Of a stretch of DNA of 64,000 bases, positions 11,501 to 24,600 are shown piece after piece. Each line of letters opens with the position of its first letter. Position 1 is the first letter of the stretch. The position numbers were made by a program, and so were the translations under genes. This DNA comes from Octopus vulgaris (Eukaryota), in contig OX597822.1 of NCBI GenBank assembly GCA_951406725.2, positions 26,102,001 to 26,166,000 of the forward strand. Reading direction: 5' to 3'. The notes under the pieces were generated by a model, which saw nothing but the letters and a program-made list of their open reading frames with translations, had not been told where the DNA came from and searched no databases.

Positions 11501-14146
11501 GGAGGGGCTCTGGGGTTCGATGAGAACCAACTCTCCAACCTGTTTAAGAAGACTTTCAGGTCGGGGTATTTGGACAATTACCAAAAATCCCTGTCCTGGC
11601 AGTGCTATAGGAATGCATTACCTGTTCGCGATAAGTTATCCAGGCACGGAATGTCAGTGCCACCGACGTGTCCAAGACCTGGGTTGGACGATGAAACCAT
11701 TCAACACACTTTTGTACAATGTCGGGAGCTGTCAAGGTTGATAAGTTACGTTGAACACGTGTTGTCGCATCTGGGACGAGTACAGCTGTCGGCTGAATCT
11801 ATGATAAAGATGATACCGCCAACTGGACTCTCAAAGAAAGGTAAGGCTTGTTTTTACTGTACGGTGGCAGTACTGAAAGAGTGTGTGTGGAGAACCAGAA
11901 TGGAAGGTCTAGTGACAGAGTCCTTTGTCTCTGGCCCCGGTTTGTTAAAATACTTCAGATATCATCTGAAGAGCAAGATGAGGTTGGAGAAGAGGATCCT
12001 GCCACAGAAAGAGTATATGAAACGTTGGAAGGATGTGATGAGAAAGGTGGGTGTTAGTAACCCAGCTTAATCATCGAAGAAAGGAAAAATTAGTTGCTGG
12101 GCTTTATAGGCTGCCGGGTTCAAAATTCGAAACCGGCACTTCCCATTCCTTTTCATTTTACATATGTTATAATGTCTAATGATTTTTTTTTGCTTAAAAA
12201 AAAAAAAATAAATAAATAACACGCACTAAAGTTCTCGTTATAAAGGCAAAAGTAAGCCAAGTTTTCGTTCATGTTACATTATAATTAAATTTTTATAATT
12301 TTCAAGTATCATTCGAACTCTCATAACATTCTCTGTAATTGTTTGTCTTGTAATGTCCAATTTTATGTAAAATCGCATGATTGTAATAAAGATTTCATCT
12401 GCGGCTGGCGGGCTTCTGCTACTCTAGACCGATGATGGAGAAAGATCCTGAAACATGCGTGTCTGTAGATGCAGGCCTGGCTGCTGGGGGTATTTGTCTC
12501 CCCTTCGTAAATATATAAGGACACAGGAAAAAATGTGTCGAAGCCATCAGGAGGCGTCGATGCTTCCTACTGTCACGTTAAATTGACAGTATACCACCGT
12601 TGTATTTTCACTTATTTGCAAACCTTTGAAACCAGTTTAAGCTCTCTGCCTTTATGAGTCCCAGAATTCATGACTAACCTAAGTAATAGTAAATATCGGA
12701 CAAGATTATCCAGTGCATCTTTTGCCTTTGAAGGCAGTGAGGTGTTTTGGGGGTACAATTTGGTGCTATTTCTTGCAAGTTGAACGGTCACATAGAGGAG
12801 CCAGTCTTGGATCATAAAAATACTTGTTGATGCTGTTGTTAAGTCCTGGGCAACTAATGGGTAAAAAATCACAGATCCTAACAATCAAAACTCGCTTGGT
12901 TCAATATAGTGGCGAAACACACGTACTTATCTACCATGTTCCATTTCCTTTGACAAAAGAGCTTCAGAATAATAACTTGACTTGCTCAATGAAGCAGACA
13001 AATTCTTCTACACACAATTTCCTAAACTTCCTTCGAGTGGAGAAATCCCAAACTTCAAATCTTAAATTTAAAGACAGCATGCCCCCAAAATATAATGGAA
13101 TGCCATGGATACAATGATAATGTATTAATGAGTAATAGTAGTGATAGAGAAGGTACATGCAAAGAGACGAAAATTTACAAGAGCAGTAAATGCATGTGTT
13201 AAAAGTAGGAAAATTTACGAAGCCCTTAAAATTAAGAAAAATAAAGAAATATAGAATATATGAAAACTTCTAAATCAGAAAAATTTATGCAAGTTTAAAT
13301 TTTGGAAATCATAGAGTCTTCAAAAGCAGAAGAACCAAAGGTAGTCTTAGAAATCAGAACAACCAACAATGATTTAAAGCACTGCAGGAATAGCAAATAG
13401 ATAAGAGAAGAGTCTTAAGATGTTCGTGTTGTTCTCAATATCATTAGTTTTAAAACACATGAAAACCAGCTGATTACCATTGAAAGGTTTCTTGTAATAT
13501 ATTTAACGAAGAACGTGTAAAAGATAAAGGAATGAAAGAATATTACCTGTGGTATATCTCTTCAAGATCTGATGCAGATTTTGCATCTAAATTTTCTTCG
13601 GACGGTAAAATCTAAATAAGAAAACAAAATATTGAAGATAGAGATAAATAACAGAATGTTTCGCGTATTTTCAGGGTTCAGGATTTGAGATCTAAGAAGA
13701 TAGTTAAAAAACTTGAATTTATGACGACTTCAAAGATCAAGGGCAGATCTATCACCTCATTGGTTCCCTGTTACCCACAAATGAACAACCACAGTTCCTC
13801 CAAATTTAATTTATGAGTGATGTAGGACAACAAACCCGAAGGAGGTGTCAATATTTCAGATGATAGGTCGTGTTAGACACAGTGCCGACTGCTGCAAAAG
13901 AGAATATATCCACTGGCATCTTCTCGGTGCGTTCAAAAATCTCATAATCCCCACAGATTAGGGCCTGAAATACTCCAAACACACGCATAGGATGTGGCTT
14001 AGACGAATTAGCCCATCATTTACTGCACAAATGTTTTGTTGTCAATGCTGCACATTCCCATATCACCTGTTTCAGTATAACTGTAATATATTATATACAA
14101 ACTATAACATTTTAATCCCGAGCAACATCGGGTGTCTCTGCTAGTA

Positions 14147-14230
<84 letters not shown>

Positions 14231-16113
14231 TGCCCCTCGTTATCGAGTATGGCCATTGCACGAAGCTTAACTGTTACTGGTGCTGTGATCGAATGTGACT
14301 TTTTAGCCCAGCCAAAGATCTACAATGTCTTGTACAAAATTGGCAACTAAAACCTTTACTGGTAATAGCCGACTGTAGTTGTAACTGGACTTCATGTACC
14401 TTTGCATGTCGTTTAATTCCTCCTGCCGAATTACTCTCTCTTCCACATGCCTGGCAGATATGATTAGTATGGTGTGTTACACCACCACCAGTGGCCAGGT
14501 TGTCACTCATCTGTCTCGTTTTATGACTACGAAGATGACTCTTGAGTCCAGCTTTACTGAGGCAGGGTCTTGCACAGACATTGCATGTCAGCATGAAAGG
14601 AAGACACTTCCCTTCTGGAAGTGTAACAGCGATGCCCTTCCTGACATCCCTCCTTACTTTCTCATGTGCAACTCGAGCTTTCTCAAAGTGGTTGTCCCCT
14701 CATGCACAATCCTTCTCCACCTGCTACGATCAATAGCTATGCCTTCCCATGTGTCAGGAGAGATGCAAGCATCTCTTAAGGAAGCCTTCAGCAAGTCCTT
14801 ATACCTCTTTTTTGGTTTATGTGGAGTTCGTTCTCCTTTAGCTAACTCTCCATAAAAGAATTATTTTGGCATCCTTGAATCCTTCATCCTGACCAGATGA
14901 CCACTCCATCTGAGCGTTTGCTTTAACACAAGAGCTTCTATACTTTCACACCGAGAGCCTTCCAATATTCAAGCTCACTGATGCGGTCCTTCCACTTAAT
15001 GCCATAGATCCATCTGAGGCACATCTGATGGAAACGTTCCAGTTGTTTAAGGTGGTATCGATATGTGACCCACGTCTCGCAAGCATAGAGAAGAGAAGGG
15101 AGCACACATGCCTTGTACACCTTTATCTTTGTCTTTCTGCATATGTCTCGCCGACTTCAGAGGCGCTTTTCTAGCCTTCCGAAAGCAACACTTGCTTTCC
15201 TAATTCTATATGGAATTTCATCATCCAAATTGCCATATCTATTAATAGTGCTTCCCAGGTAGACAAACTGATCAACTACATCAAGTCGTTTACCATACAC
15301 ATAGATATTTGGTACACTATACTGCTTACCAGGGTCAGGTTGATGCATGACAACAGTTTTCTTGAGATTGACTGTCAATCCTAAGACAGTGCAAGCATCA
15401 GAGAATGCATTCAAAATGTGTTGCATATCAATCTCTGTGTGTGCTACTAGCTCACAATCATCTGCATACAAAAGGTCTCTTATGATAGAGGTAAATACCT
15501 TTGTTTTTGCAGCAAGGCGCCTGATATTAAATATGCTGCCAGAAGTTCGATAATGAACGTAAATACCGTATCTGCAGTTTCTGAATGCAATACAGAACAC
15601 CTTCGCGAAATATATGGAAAATAGGGTCGGTGCCAGAATATCCCTCTGTTTCACTCCATTTTGTATTGAAATGGGCTCCGACATTTTCCCCCTAACATGC
15701 CTTCATGAAAAGACCGAACCAAAGCAAGGAACTTTTCAGGACACCCAAGTTTCTGGAGGACTTTCCACAATGCTTTTCTATTGATGGTATCAAAGGCTTT
15801 TGTCAGATCGACAAAAACCTGATACAAATCCAGACCCTGTTTCACACACTTTTCCTGAAGCTGTCTAGCTGAAAAGATTATATCAGCAGTGCCACGTCCC
15901 ACACGAAAGCCAGATTGACTTTCTGGAAGAACACAATCTGCAATGTATTTCAGCAGATGATCCAGAAGTATCCTGCATAAAACCTTTCCTACAGCAGACA
16001 GCAATGATACTCCCCTATAATTACCACAATCATTCCTGTTGCCCTTTCCCTTATACAGGACCACCATTACTGCATCTCTCCAGTCCTCAGGTACAGATTC
16101 ACTAGCCCATATA

Positions 16114-16166
<53 letters not shown>

Positions 16167-16995
16167 GAGTGTATTTTTACCTTGTTAACAATTAACACGG
16201 AAAAAATAAATATTTGCAATCTTCTTCTCAGGAGAAGATTGCATTGTTTATACCATTTATTCTTTTGAATAGTATCAGTGGAATTTTCGAAACATGTGTC
16301 GAAAGTAAAAATATTTGATTACACCTGCGTTAAACTCCATTTATTTATTCATATATATATATATATATATCATTGTGTCTGGGGAGAGCCATTCTGTTTT
16401 AATGCCTTATTAATTAACACACTCACCAGTTCGATTTCCACTCATTTACTTATTTATTTTTCCTATAATGTTCGTTGCTTCTTGCAACCTTTTCAATAGT
16501 CGTTGACTCTGTCCGTTATCGAAGCTGCGTTATTTTTGTATGTTTGTTTGTGCTCACATTTGTGCTATATATTCGCTCTTCTCTTCAGAGTTATTTTATT
16601 ATTGCTTTTATATTATGTCAATTGTTTGGGAACATTTCATTTTAGTGTTTAGAATCCAACGCTCTGACCACTAAGCCATATACCTTTACATCTTACTTGT
16701 TACTCTTCTGTTATTTAGCTCACACTCTATTTTTACATATATATTTCTTTACTACCCACAAGGAGCTAAACACAGAGGGGACAAACAATGACAGACAAAG
16801 GGATTAAGTCGATTACATCGACCCCAGTGCGTAACTGGTACTTAATTAGTCGACCCCGAAAGGATGAAAGGCAAAGTCGACCTCGGCGGAATTTGAACTC
16901 GGAACGTATCGACAGACGAAATACGGCTAGGCATTTCGCCCGGCGTGCTAACGTTTCTGCCAGCTCGCCGCCTTATTTTTACATATATGTCTTGA

Positions 16996-17074
<79 letters not shown>

Positions 17075-17577
17075 GTGTGTGTGTGTGTATGTAAGAGGGT
17101 ATTGTAGTACGCTGGAAGCATTGTGTATTGTCTGTGAAATGTAACATATCTAGAATGCCACAACAATGCTGAGTGTACTATGATAACTGTTATAAATAGT
17201 TTAATTATTCATAATCTAATATAATATTTCGGAATATAAAAGTTCCTTCTTCAGATATTGCTAGGAAGTAATGGAATTACTGTTATAGCCGGTTTTCTAA
17301 GTCTGTCGGAAGCGTTCCTGTAGTGGTCTCACGAAGTTCTTTCCGAAATTCCTCATGAGAAGTGCGTGAGGGTAGTCATATCTTGAGCTTATTTGTGTTG
17401 ACATATCCGTAGCGCTGCTCCCAAGCTATGTATCATACGCGCATTTTTTTATATAATGTTTTGTTACTTGAGCATGTTACCATCGTGCGTGCAGAGGGTC
17501 GATGTTGTTAAATCACTGCTTAGGGTGATTACCGCACCCTAAGCAGGTAATGCATAAATTAGTTTTTCCGAGGTACA

Positions 17578-17622
<45 letters not shown>

Positions 17623-17931
17623 GCCATGTTGATTCGTTAGCTACTGCACGCATTTTTTTCTCTCCTTCTTTCTGTGTTTTTCTCTCTCTGTGTATCTTTC
17701 TGTTGAAGAGCGTAGGCTCGAAACGTTAAAGACTTGTTTTATTTATATTTCCTGAGCGCCATACTAATACAATTGTTCGTTTGTTTTCCACCTGCCTTCG
17801 TCTTTTGTTTATTTTCATAAAGCTTCCCGTTATATATATATATATACGCAGTGAAGCTATACAATAGCGTCGTATTTATTACGATCGCTATTTTCCAGTA
17901 AATATCGGTACTTCGTTGTACCATTTATTTA

Positions 17932-17980
<49 letters not shown>

Positions 17981-18790
17981 TACTTTGATACTTTGATAGG
18001 TTTCGGCCAGTATTGGCCCAGGCCAAGTCTAACTTAATAACACCACCTGGTGAAGTCATTTAAATCAGGAATCAGACATGGCCCACTCTAGTTGAGAGTT
18101 ATTGCTTACGGAGACATATCCGGGTGTAGGAGGATTTCTTGAAGGAACTTGTCCAATGACTTCTTGAAATTTACGGGGTCTGTTTCTGCGTTGATGTGTT
18201 TTGGTGTATTGTTAAAGAGAACAGAGCCAGTAGAGGTGAAGTAATGGTGCCGTATTGTTGCTATGAGATGCCAGAGTGATGTATGTGGTGGGCGGATAGC
18301 ACGGGCCTAAGTCTTCGGTGTATCTTAAAGATGATGCCAACATCATTTGGGCAATGCTAATGGAATATTTTCCACATCATGCAGATGATGTAGCGCTCAC
18401 GGTAGCGTTGGAGAGAATAAAACTTGAGCTTTTCCAGTCGACACCAATAGTCAAGGCCTGTCATGCCAGCTATATGTTTTGTAATTATCTTTGAGGTGTT
18501 TCAACTTTCATGATACATTGTTTCGTGTGGGGAGACGACTGTGGGCAACAGTATTCAAGGTGGGATCGGGTAAAAGTGAAGAAAAAAAGGATAATTTTGT
18601 GGATATCTCTCGACTGGAAAGTTCTGAGAAACCAGGAACACATTTTGTGGGACATGTCAATGTTGTTGTGTATATGAGCAGCACAGTTTATGTTATTGTC
18701 CAGAATTACTCCCAAGTCTGATGTTGCTGGATATCATGAGAGTTTCACCTGAAGGAAGGTTATGGGAGTTTCAGAGTATCCACTTCTCCG

Positions 18791-18840
<50 letters not shown>

Positions 18841-18987
18841 CATATATATATATGAATATATGTATATATGTATATATATATATATATGGTATATATGTAT
18901 ATATATGGTGTGTATATATATATATATATATACCATACATACATACATACATACATACATACATACATACATACATACATACATACA

Positions 18988-19019
<32 letters not shown>

Positions 19020-21615
19020 AGAGGACATAATAGATGTCCACTAAGTGGACATCTATTATGCTAGATGTAAACCCCATATATTCTGACCACTAAGAAAAAA
19101 TTGTTCTCAAGAAAATTCAGCAATTTTTCTGAATCTTCAGATTTTTCAATATGCTAGGTCACTGGTTTTAGATTGATATTAATCAACTTAATATTCAGTT
19201 TATCACCCTTATTATTTAATTTTAAATTTAAATAACCATGTTCTCTAACCGGCAAAATTCACTGCAGAGAATTATCTTCTGCAGAATTATTTCCAGTATT
19301 TTGACGCACCAAAACGAAGACTTTTGAAATATAATCCTAAATGTAATCGGTAGAACTATATGCATGTTCAATCTTATGCGGACGTCTCGTGTACAGTTCT
19401 GTAAATTATATTTTGTTATGACGATCACACTGATGAATTGCGGACATTTACGTAAGTATTACGTAAGTAGTAACAATGAAACAATGAAGATATACTACTA
19501 GCCATAGATGAGGTGGACGCAAACTCAACTACTGGGTCTGATGGTTTCCCAGCAATCCTCCTCAAATCAGGTAAGTGTGCCCTGGTAGAACCCCTCCAGA
19601 TTCTCTTCCAAGGCTTTTATGCAAATGGCAGATTGCCAAGCAAGCTGAAGGAGGGAATAATATGCCCAATCCATAAAGAGGGAAGCAGAGCAGATGCCAA
19701 AACCTATAGGCCTATCTCTCTGACTTCACACATCAGCAAAGTCATGGAACGGATAGTCAGAGGGAAACTAATCGCATTCCTTGAAGAAAATAACTTCGAC
19801 CAGGTAGGAGCTGCCTGACCCAGCTCTTACAACATTATGACTAGGTACTGAGGCAGTTACTCAACGACTCAAATGTGAACGTAATATACGTTGATTTTGC
19901 AAAAGCTTTTGACAAAGTGGATCATGGTATGATATGCCACCAACTGCGTGACCTTGGCATAGCTGGAAAACTTGGAGAGTGGATACATGACTTCCTAAAA
20001 AATAGAAGTCAGGCAGTAGTGGGCAATGGAGCCACTTCAATGAAAACACAAATAGTGAGCGGTGTTCAACAGGGCACTGTCTTGGGACCACTGCTTTTCA
20101 TAGTGGCCCTCTCAGATATGCCCTCAACTACCCGGATAGCCACCCTTGCTAGCTACGCAGACGATACGAAAGTCTCGCAGAAAATGCAGAACCCCAGCGA
20201 TATTGCACATCTGCAAGAGTTGGACTCAATTTACAGATGGGCTGAGGATAATGATATGCAGTATAAAGCTGAAAAATTCCAAGCCCTGCGCTACCAGCAT
20301 CCAAAACTGAATAGTAAAATTACAGAGTACACTGGTCCACATGAGTTTACAATCCCAGTGCCTAAATCAGTGAGGGATCTGGGCATCAACATGAATGATG
20401 ATACCTCTTTCCAAGTGCACATTACCAGGATGGCGACAAAATGCAGACGACTGGCTGGATGGATCCTAAGAACATTCAGAACCAAAGATAAGAAAACCAT
20501 GATGGTCCTCTGGCGGACATTCGTCCTCAGCCGCCTGGATTACTGCTCACAGCTATGATCACCCACCAGTGTGAGATTAACAGCTGACCTTGAAGCAATC
20601 AAGAGAAGATTCACAAAGAAGATCGTCTCTTTCCAACAGCTCAGATACTGGGAAAGGTTGAAACAGCTAAGACTCTACTCCCTGGAGCGAAGACGGAAGA
20701 GGTGTGCAGTAATATACATCTGGAAGATCCTGGAAGGAATTGCGCCAAATTTTGGCATTGAAAGCTACACCAATGCCAGAATTGGTCGATACTGCATAGT
20801 GCCAAAGATCTCAGCAATGTCATCGCGCCTCAGGACCAGTTACTGCACAGAAACCCTACAGCTTTTTTATATTCTCCCAAAGAGCCTGGGGACCCTGCAC
20901 AAGGTAGATGTAGGCGTTTTTAAATCAAGGCTGGACCTCTTCATGTCGAGACTCCCAGATGAACCGACCTCACGGCAAGAGGTGCAAATGAGGGTAGCTA
21001 CATCAAACTCTATTCTTCACCAAGTGCCACATATTGGAGGAGGCTCTCAGTAATAAGAGTGTAGCAGTGTGCATCAGAATGTCCAGAGCTCTGAGCTGAA
21101 ACTACAAAACATATATATATGTTGTTGGCATCCTTTTGTCTCGGGAAACAATGGAGTTACGCATAAACTAATCCAGTCTGGTTTTTACATTTCATGTCCT
21201 CTCCAGTCTTGCGCAGGCCTGGACTAGATGTAAGAAAATCCTGGGTAGCCCAATCGTCAAGATTCCTCTCTCGACCTTGCTGACGTAGTCCAAAGGAGTG
21301 CAGAGCATTACGTTTGGCACCAGCTTGGTTGCAGGAGCTGCCGGAAGAGTTTCAAGCCGAACACTAAACCACCTACGGGGCTCCACTCCGGATTTCTTTG
21401 AAGGTCGTCTCCTTTCCATAACCCTGGATAGGGTCCTATACCGGGTACTGTCAGCCGGAGCCAGCTGAGCCCGGGACTTGTGTCAGGCAGGGTCGTTACT
21501 CCCTGAAGTAGTGAAGAAAATCGCTACCCACTACCTATATATATGTGGTGGTATATATATATATATATGGTATTTACATATATATATATAATATGGTATT
21601 TATATATATATATAT

Positions 21616-21689
<74 letters not shown>

Positions 21690-24600
21690 CAAATCTACTG
21701 AAAACAAAAGACAAAGACAGGTGCAGGAACAACAAACAAGAATGTGTATTAATTTAACGCTCGTGAAGAATGGAAAAGACTTTTACGTTTCGAGCCTACG
21801 CTCTTTGACAGAAAGGATTATGAGGTGAGAGAGAGAGAGAGAGAGAGGGGGGGGGAGAATGAGAAAACAAACGGAGAGAGAAAAAATGAATAGAGATTAA
21901 CGGTTTAATATTATGAAATGTCCGGAAGAAAGTGACAGAAAGGATTAAATGGGAGAATGAAAAAAAAGGATAAAGAAAAGAAATGTGTGCGTGTGTATAT
22001 GTGTGTGTGTGAATATATATATATACACACACATATACACACGTATGTATGTATGTATGTATGTATGTATGTATGTATGTATGTATGTATGTATGTATGT
22101 ATGAGTATATCAGGTCACTTTCGAGTGCTACTGGTGACATGTAACCCAGTACAACCAGTTGCATGGTCGGGTCGTTGGTGACTAAACCGGCAACACCACC
22201 AAGCTTGCTTGGTGAGGAGAGTGTTTATTGGACACCCTGCGGGATGAAAAACAAAACCCGTCAAAGGGCGGAGGAACTCTTGAGAGTCAACGGCCATCCA
22301 ATAAATGCCTTAAGGCTGTATCATGCGCGAGGACATAGAATTAATCGAACTGAATACCCGATCGCGCGGTTAAACCATTGGGACTGAAGGACTCCTAGCC
22401 TTTGTTAGGGCATCCTTCTAGGAGAAGGTAACTCAGGAAACTGGGATAACTCCGACATAAAACCTGCGGCTCAGTGGTTACCGATGATGTTGACTTGTTC
22501 TTCTTTTCGGATTATTGCTGCTGTTGCTTAGTGAGTGGGATTGACTCAGTGCACAGCCTTTCCTCACTTTAAAAAAAATCTTCTTGCACAGGCATTGCAT
22601 GATAACAACATTGATTAAGCTTCGTGCAATGGCCATACTCGATAACGAGGGGGCAGCCACCATGTATGTATGTATGTATGTATGTATGTATGTATGTATG
22701 TATGTATGTAGGTATGTATGTATGTACAAAGTCATGAATGAACGAACGAGCGAATGTTTCTGTTAAATAAATTCACTCATAAAGCTTCACTTGGTTCGAG
22801 GCTTTGTCAAAGTACCACACAGGGGAACTGAGCTTGAAAGCAGTTGATCCCTCCTAGAATACAAGTGCACGTGTGCGCATGTGTTGTTCTGTAATAAACA
22901 TAAATATCTATGCGCGTGGATAAAGTTGCTGACGTGTACTTTTGACAACGCCATCTGGGGCAGAGTAAATCACATAAAAACATGTTACATTCAACGAGTT
23001 TTAATTTTTTTTTTTTTTTACTACAACAGTGATCACAAAGGTTGAATAACAGAATAATTTAATCTGTTGTAAAGGCGGCGAGCTGGCAGAAACGTTAACA
23101 CGCCGGGCGAAATGCCTAGCCGTATTTCGTCTGTCGTTACGTTCTGAGTTCAAATTCCGCCGAGGTCGACTTTACCGTTCATCCTTTCGGGGTCGATAAA
23201 TAAAGTACCAGCTTCCCGCTGGGGTCGATGTAATCGACTTAATCCCTTTGTCTGTCCATGTTTGTCCCCTCTATATTTAGCCCCTTGTGGGCAGTAAAGA
23301 AATATAATTTAATCTGTTGTATGAAACAGCATACCTTAGAACATGAAGAGTGTAAATAGTACTTTCAGAGCCAATAGTATTTTCAGATCAACGATTTACT
23401 AAAGCTAATTAAAATTACTTTAATTACTGTTTTGTAGTATATTTTATAAAGACTAGCCTTCGTGGTTTTCTTGCTACATAAATGCTGGTAGTTTCACTCG
23501 TCATACCGAGCTAAACCTAATCATTAAGCGGGTCCTGGCTCGGGTTAATATCTCCTCAGTTCTGGAGCTGGCAGAAACGTTAGCATGCTTTGTGGTATTT
23601 CGTTCGCCGCTACGTTCTGAGTTCAAATTCCGCCGAGGTCGACTTTGCCTTTCATCCTTTCGGGGTCGATAAATAAAGTACCAGTTACGCACTGGGGTCG
23701 ATATAATCGACTTAATCCGTTTCTCTGTCCTCTCTGTGTTTAGCCCCTTGTGGGTAGTAAAGAGATAGGTATTATCCAGAAGTGATTAGAAGAGACCAGA
23801 TGGTCTACCCTTTTGTCCCTGGTTAAGAAATAGGTGCTTCATCTAGGACAACACAGTCTGTGAATCCTTTGCCCCCTTTACATCCTGGATGCTGTTATAA
23901 ATGGGAACGTCACAACTTTCGTAGCTGAACCGAATAAAATCCTTACGTATCGGGACTTGTCAGTGAACCATTTCTTCTGGTCTGTGGTGCTTGAGGCGTT
24001 TGGAGGGGCTGGACCGCTAACAGTAAAGTTCTTGTCAGCGTTGGCAGCTCGCCTTACCAAGGTGTCGAGTGATGCCTATGAGGGTGTTTGGTTGTTACAT
24101 CTGAATCGCCCCAATAATGCCGCGAGCATGTTGGCTTGCATCAGTAGGGTTCCATTGAATATTGTAGTGAGGTACCAATTGTAGCTCTTAGTGTTGAAGT
24201 GATCCCTTCTTCTTTCTTTTTATTCTTTTCTTTCTCTTTTTTTTTCTGTCTTCACTTATGTTTGAGTTTTCTTTGGTTTTGGATTTGGATTTTAATGTGT
24301 TTTTGCATAATATATGTATCATATGCATACGTGTTATATATGATAATTAACTTATCTAAATTTTCATTAAGAGCAAAGAAATGTTATATATATATATATA
24401 TATATATTAGCCAACATAACGTGGCAGTCCTGAATAGGACAATGTTACTTCGTTTATCGACACGTGATTTATGTCCGAGATATATTGCAAATAAGGGGGC
24501 CTACTACTGCCTTCTAGCAGTTGGTGGTACCAGTAGATCAATGGTTTCTGGGTAATTTCCCTTCTTGTTCTGGACAACCGCCTGGCTAGAGACAGTACCC

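Larger units (their letters stand above)
9207..12598. mobile_element. composite fold-back retroelement: Penelope-like inverted terminal repeats carrying Tx1/L1-type LINE cargo
   Basis: 12-bp TSD GTTGTATTTTCA at 9195-9206 and 12599-12610. 9243-9506 is inverted versus 12385-12600, and 9479-9696 versus 10976-11154. The host SINE resumes after 12610. Confidence 0.75.

Noticed and set aside
11156-12070. 304-aa ORF as a host gene
   Set aside because: LINE leader fused to an ORF2 zf-RVT fragment, with a non-ATG start.
12640-13330. Possible coding or transposon remnant
   Set aside because: Only weak hints (possible GIY-YIG tail near 13200); no motif I can support.
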